Origin: Zygophlyctis sp. KS116 | Taxonomy: Eukaryota; Fungi; Chytridiomycota | DNA length: 10,917 nt | Assembly (NCBI GenBank): GCA_054661495.1 | Contig: BAAFSQ010000316.1 | Coordinates: 1-10,917 of the forward strand | Direction of reading: 5' to 3' | Part shown: positions 9,601 to 10,917 of the stretch, in pieces | Position numbering within the stretch: position 1 is the stretch's first letter | Layout of the letters: each line of letters opens with the position of its first letter | The notes under the pieces: generated by a model | What the model was told of the DNA's origin: nothing | Database searches by the model: none | What the model saw: the letters and a program-made list of their open reading frames with translations, nothing else | Program-made: the position numbers and the translations under genes

Positions 9601-10917
9601 CTGTAGATTGAGTCGCTACTTGCAAAGAGGGCAGTGCAGGAGGTTGCAAAGTAGGCTGTGCAGTAGGTTGTGCAGTAGGTTGCAAGGTAGGTTGCAAAGA
9701 AGTCTTTAAGCTCATAGCTGTAAATTGTGCTACTTGCAAAGTAGGCTGTGTTAGTGTCACAGCTGTAGATTGAGTCGCTACTCGCAAAGAGGGCAGTGCA
9801 GGAGGTTGCAAAGTAGGCAGTGCAGTAGGTTGTGCCGTAGGTTGCAAAGTAGCCTGATTAGCAGTCAAAGCGGTAGATCGAGACGCTGGAAGTTTTGTAG
9901 TTTCCACTGTAGATGTAGATTTAGCAGCAGAATCAGTGACAACAGCGCTTTCTGCAGTATAACAGACTTCAGTAACAGCACTGTCGTGATCACATAGGGA
10001 ACCTCCATTAAAGGCATCCGATGAATAATAAGAAGTGATTCTTGAAGACCCGTCACAAGCTCCAATTTCGGTGCTTGTAATTCCGCAGTTAGCACAAAGA
10101 TCAGTTGTAAACAGGGTGCATCCAGATCCACCATTAACATCGTCTGCAATAAAGTAGCTAGTTACACGGAGTGATCCATCACAAGATCCAACAGTACTTG
10201 AACGGAGGGATCCATAACAAGGTCCAACAGTTGCAGTATGTTGTGCCGTAGGTTGAAAAGTAGCCTGATTAGCAGTCAAAGCGGTAGATCGAGACGCTGT
10301 TTCAACAGAAGTGACAACAGTGCTTTCTGCAAGGGAAGTTTCATCAGAAGTAGATTCAACAGAAGTGACAACAGTGCTTCCTGCAAAAGAAGTTTCATCA
10401 GCAGGAGATCCAACAGAAGTGAAAACAGTGCTATCTGCAATAAATGTTTCATCAGCAGTAGTTTCAACAGAAGTGACAACAGTGCTTTCTGCAAGGGAAG
10501 TTTCATCAGAAGTAGTTTCAACAGAAGTGACAACAGTGCTTTCTGCAAGAGAAGTTTCATCAGCAGTAGATTCCACAAAAGTGACAACAGTGCTTTCTGC
10601 AAAAGAAGTTTCATCAGCAGGAGATCCAACAGAAGTGAAAACAGTGCTTTCTGCAAGAGTAGTTTCATCAGCAGGAGATCCAACAGAAGTGAAAACAGTG
10701 CTTTCTGCAAGAGTAGTTTCTTCAGTAGTAGATTCCACAAAAGCGCCAACAGTGCTTTCTGAAAGAGTAGTTTCATCAGCAATAGTTTCAACAGTGCTTT
10801 CTGAAAGCGTAGTTTCTTCAGCAGTAGATTCCACAGAAGTGACAACAGTGCTTTCTGCAAGGGAAGTTTCATCAGAAGTAGTTTCAACAGAAGTGACAAC
10901 AGTGCTTTCTGCAAGAG
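6620..10917 (-). CDS. Large single-pass cell-surface protein with mucin-like repeats, REJ-like module and GAIN/GPS motif (polycystin-1-like ectodomain); 5' end beyond the window
   Basis: Frame is open from 10915 to the TGA at 6620-6622 (1431 aa in the window); the track's GTG start at 10834 is internal. REJ-like motif NRPSNGICTSS…RVSCSGWETDSLSYPLFYS, GPS motif PECAW…STEGCKVLN…VTCQCSHLTDFVVL, hydrophobic helix followed by RRR. Confidence 0.85.
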   Translation of the reverse strand, partial: LAESTVVTSVETTSDETSLAESTVVTSVESTAEETTLSESTVETIADETTLSESTVGAFVESTTEETTLAESTVFTSVGSPADETTLAESTVFTSVGSPADETSFAESTVVTFVESTADETSLAESTVVTSVETTSDETSLAESTVVTSVETTADETFIADSTVFTSVGSPADETSFAGSTVVTSVESTSDETSLAESTVVTSVETASRSTALTANQATFQPTAQHTATVGPCYGSLRSSTVGSCDGSLRVTSYFIADDVNGGSGCTLFTTDLCANCGITSTEIGACDGSSRITSYYSSDAFNGGSLCDHDSAVTEVCYTAESAVVTDSAAKSTSTVETTKLPASRSTALTANQATLQPTAQPTALPTLQPPALPSLRVATQSTAVTLTQPTLQVAQFTAMSLKTSLQPTLQPTAQPTAQPTLQPPALPSLQVATQSTAVTLKTSLQHTAQPTSKLTFQHTLQLTGTSSQSTGSPTVPPVIYCQTSELLLDVVIPSGDVDTYYRNIITAQVGLNRTSDLKCSLPGEFSFSIKFYGKTSDDSDLSSNVSSLHIPPYKLLPNQIYLVNVSATSAYANFSASYNFTTALDQIQVSAGSDRTVGALQPLTMLPQIIDLSYRPKTFYNFTCNWVCTTSTLGACINLQTSNPLELNTCSLNLTRSLETGIYNLGLTVINQDTGAMGVSKNVSIIIQNDSLPLFTVIPSKLLTSTEDRSFQISANIDITSVLSPKNIKYNWRSVSNCSSGDVAELIDFSVGENFAVFPIYNVLKFSTNALRAGTNYCIQVRIIDGSVQTNYSEVQFKVLNRPSNGICTSSNTSVAEFSDLRVSCSGWETDSLSYPLFYSVLLKKSDEVNYRTASLNSIEPNIDLKLSEGIYDFKVSLTDASGGVPNASSIPQFTVNVTRSTSLEVALDSATLLLSSGKEELLNSGGVSNYISTLAAIADIGFENISSNAGAVNLQKDFIAELDFLTDSGLVPIDDAGTALIASKLSSAIGSQCSMPDSNSVAASNALFNLMDKAKGSSLTSQSLDSLVGSLDNLLCSTSSSSSNAETLSQNLNNFVFDIAQSALGSAVCGEVAYSTDKGSFSMSAGIGSADATTFGSFLFSELDTSSFAPSGCPPYIYGTKKSNIFSNLNSSISLVSDINQMSFLDETTLGKTSPTSMEVVFTIEVAKGTVPECAWIKYSDSSETLTGASVSTEGCKVLNTTEIGDFLSVTCQCSHLTDFVVLENNIVPPAIQSSVTSLKLSDFQTSIVSTLFHSSVESSKLSGSQSTVATSKLSGSQSTVATSKLSGSQSTAVNLKTTMQATIRPTLQPTLQPTLQPSAQPTGTSSQSAGSPTVPPTNNSPSTNSEIGVGAIAGIAIAAVLLISLVVVGVVIQVRRRSSLYRVPEADQVEKGEVPSASNQPAEVGNSEMGTPMNNNGKQNKRSKRAK
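6782..6865 (-). other. Single transmembrane helix of the large ORF
   Basis: IGVGAIAGIAIAAVLLISLVVVGVVIQV followed by RRR (positive-inside rule) and a hydrophilic tail of about 53 aa. Confidence 0.9.
7030..7131 (-). repeat. 36-nt coding tandem repeat, about 2.8 copies (SKLSGSQSTVAT)
   Basis: tgtagattgagaccctgaaagttttgaag recurs at 7031, 7067 and 7103. Confidence 0.95.
7238..7393 (-). other. GPS motif (C-terminal part of a GAIN domain), predicted autocleavage HL|T at 7256/7255
   Basis: C-x-W…G-C…C-x-C-S-H-L-T-D-F matches the GPS consensus, with four Cys and catalytic His and Thr. The second conserved Trp before GC is replaced by Val. Confidence 0.85.
8205..9475 (-). other. REJ/PKD-like beta-sandwich module
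   Basis: IPPYKLLPNQIYLVNVSA, VSAGSDRTV, FTCNWVC, YNWRSV, LRAGTNYCIQVRI and NRPSNGIC…SCSGWETD…PLFYS resemble REJ-family motifs. Boundaries are approximate. Confidence 0.7.
9530..9860 (-). repeat. QPT(A/L) 12-nt low-complexity coding repeats with a longer internal duplication (LQPPALPSL[R/Q]VATQSTAVTL x2)
   Basis: Repeated gtaggttg/gtaggctg units; gtcacagctgtagattgagtcgctact occurs near 9594 and near 9755. Confidence 0.85.
9959..10225 (-). other. Cys-rich module, about two degenerate TSP1/spondin-like repeats
   Basis: Two copies of G-x-C-D-G-S-x-R-x-T-S-Y-x5-6-NGGS-x-C…C plus a truncated third (GPCYGSLR); 8 Cys in total. Confidence 0.5.
10300..10917 (-). repeat. 54-nt coding tandem repeat (18 aa, e.g. 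TTSDETSLAESTVVTSVE), at least 11 copies, continues past the window edge
   Basis: acagtgc anchor at 10317, 10371, 10425, 10479, 10533, 10587, 10641, 10695, 10749, 10791 (one 42-nt unit), 10845 and 10899. Confidence 0.97.

Noticed and set aside
10238-10914. ORFs 10238-10762 (+) and 10276-10914 (-, Leu-rich)
   Set aside because: Alternative-frame shadows of the 54-nt coding repeat.
10300-10917. CRISPR array
   Set aside because: Contiguous degenerate in-frame tandem units without unique spacers, in a eukaryotic context with no cas genes.

Overview
Gene-dense, AT-rich eukaryotic nuclear DNA using the standard genetic code, most consistent with an early-diverging (chytrid-like) fungus; the taxon is inferred. 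The fragmented ORF track is explained by 21 very short spliceosomal introns (23-33 nt, mean about 27, one GC-AG), which I resolved by hand. Gene order: an unknown gene (-, runs off the left edge) head-to-head with complex I subunit NDUFA6/LYRM6 (+), then MCM2 (+, 12 introns), which is tail-to-tail with ATP16 (F1 delta, -). ATP16 is head-to-head with ATP2 (F1 beta, +) across a 91-bp CGCG-palindromic spacer. The right 4.3 kb is an intronless minus-strand ORF (at least 1431 aa, N-terminus off the right edge). It encodes a single-pass surface protein: acidic Ser/Thr tandem repeats, a Trp-less TSP1-like Cys module, a QPT stalk, a REJ-like module, a GAIN/GPS autoproteolysis motif (CQCSHL|TDF), a second 130-aa stalk, one TM helix and a short tail. 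Main candidates for novelty: this polycystin-1-like single-pass protein with repeat-flanked domains, the ultrashort-intron splicing system, and the divergent ATP16-ATP2 pair.
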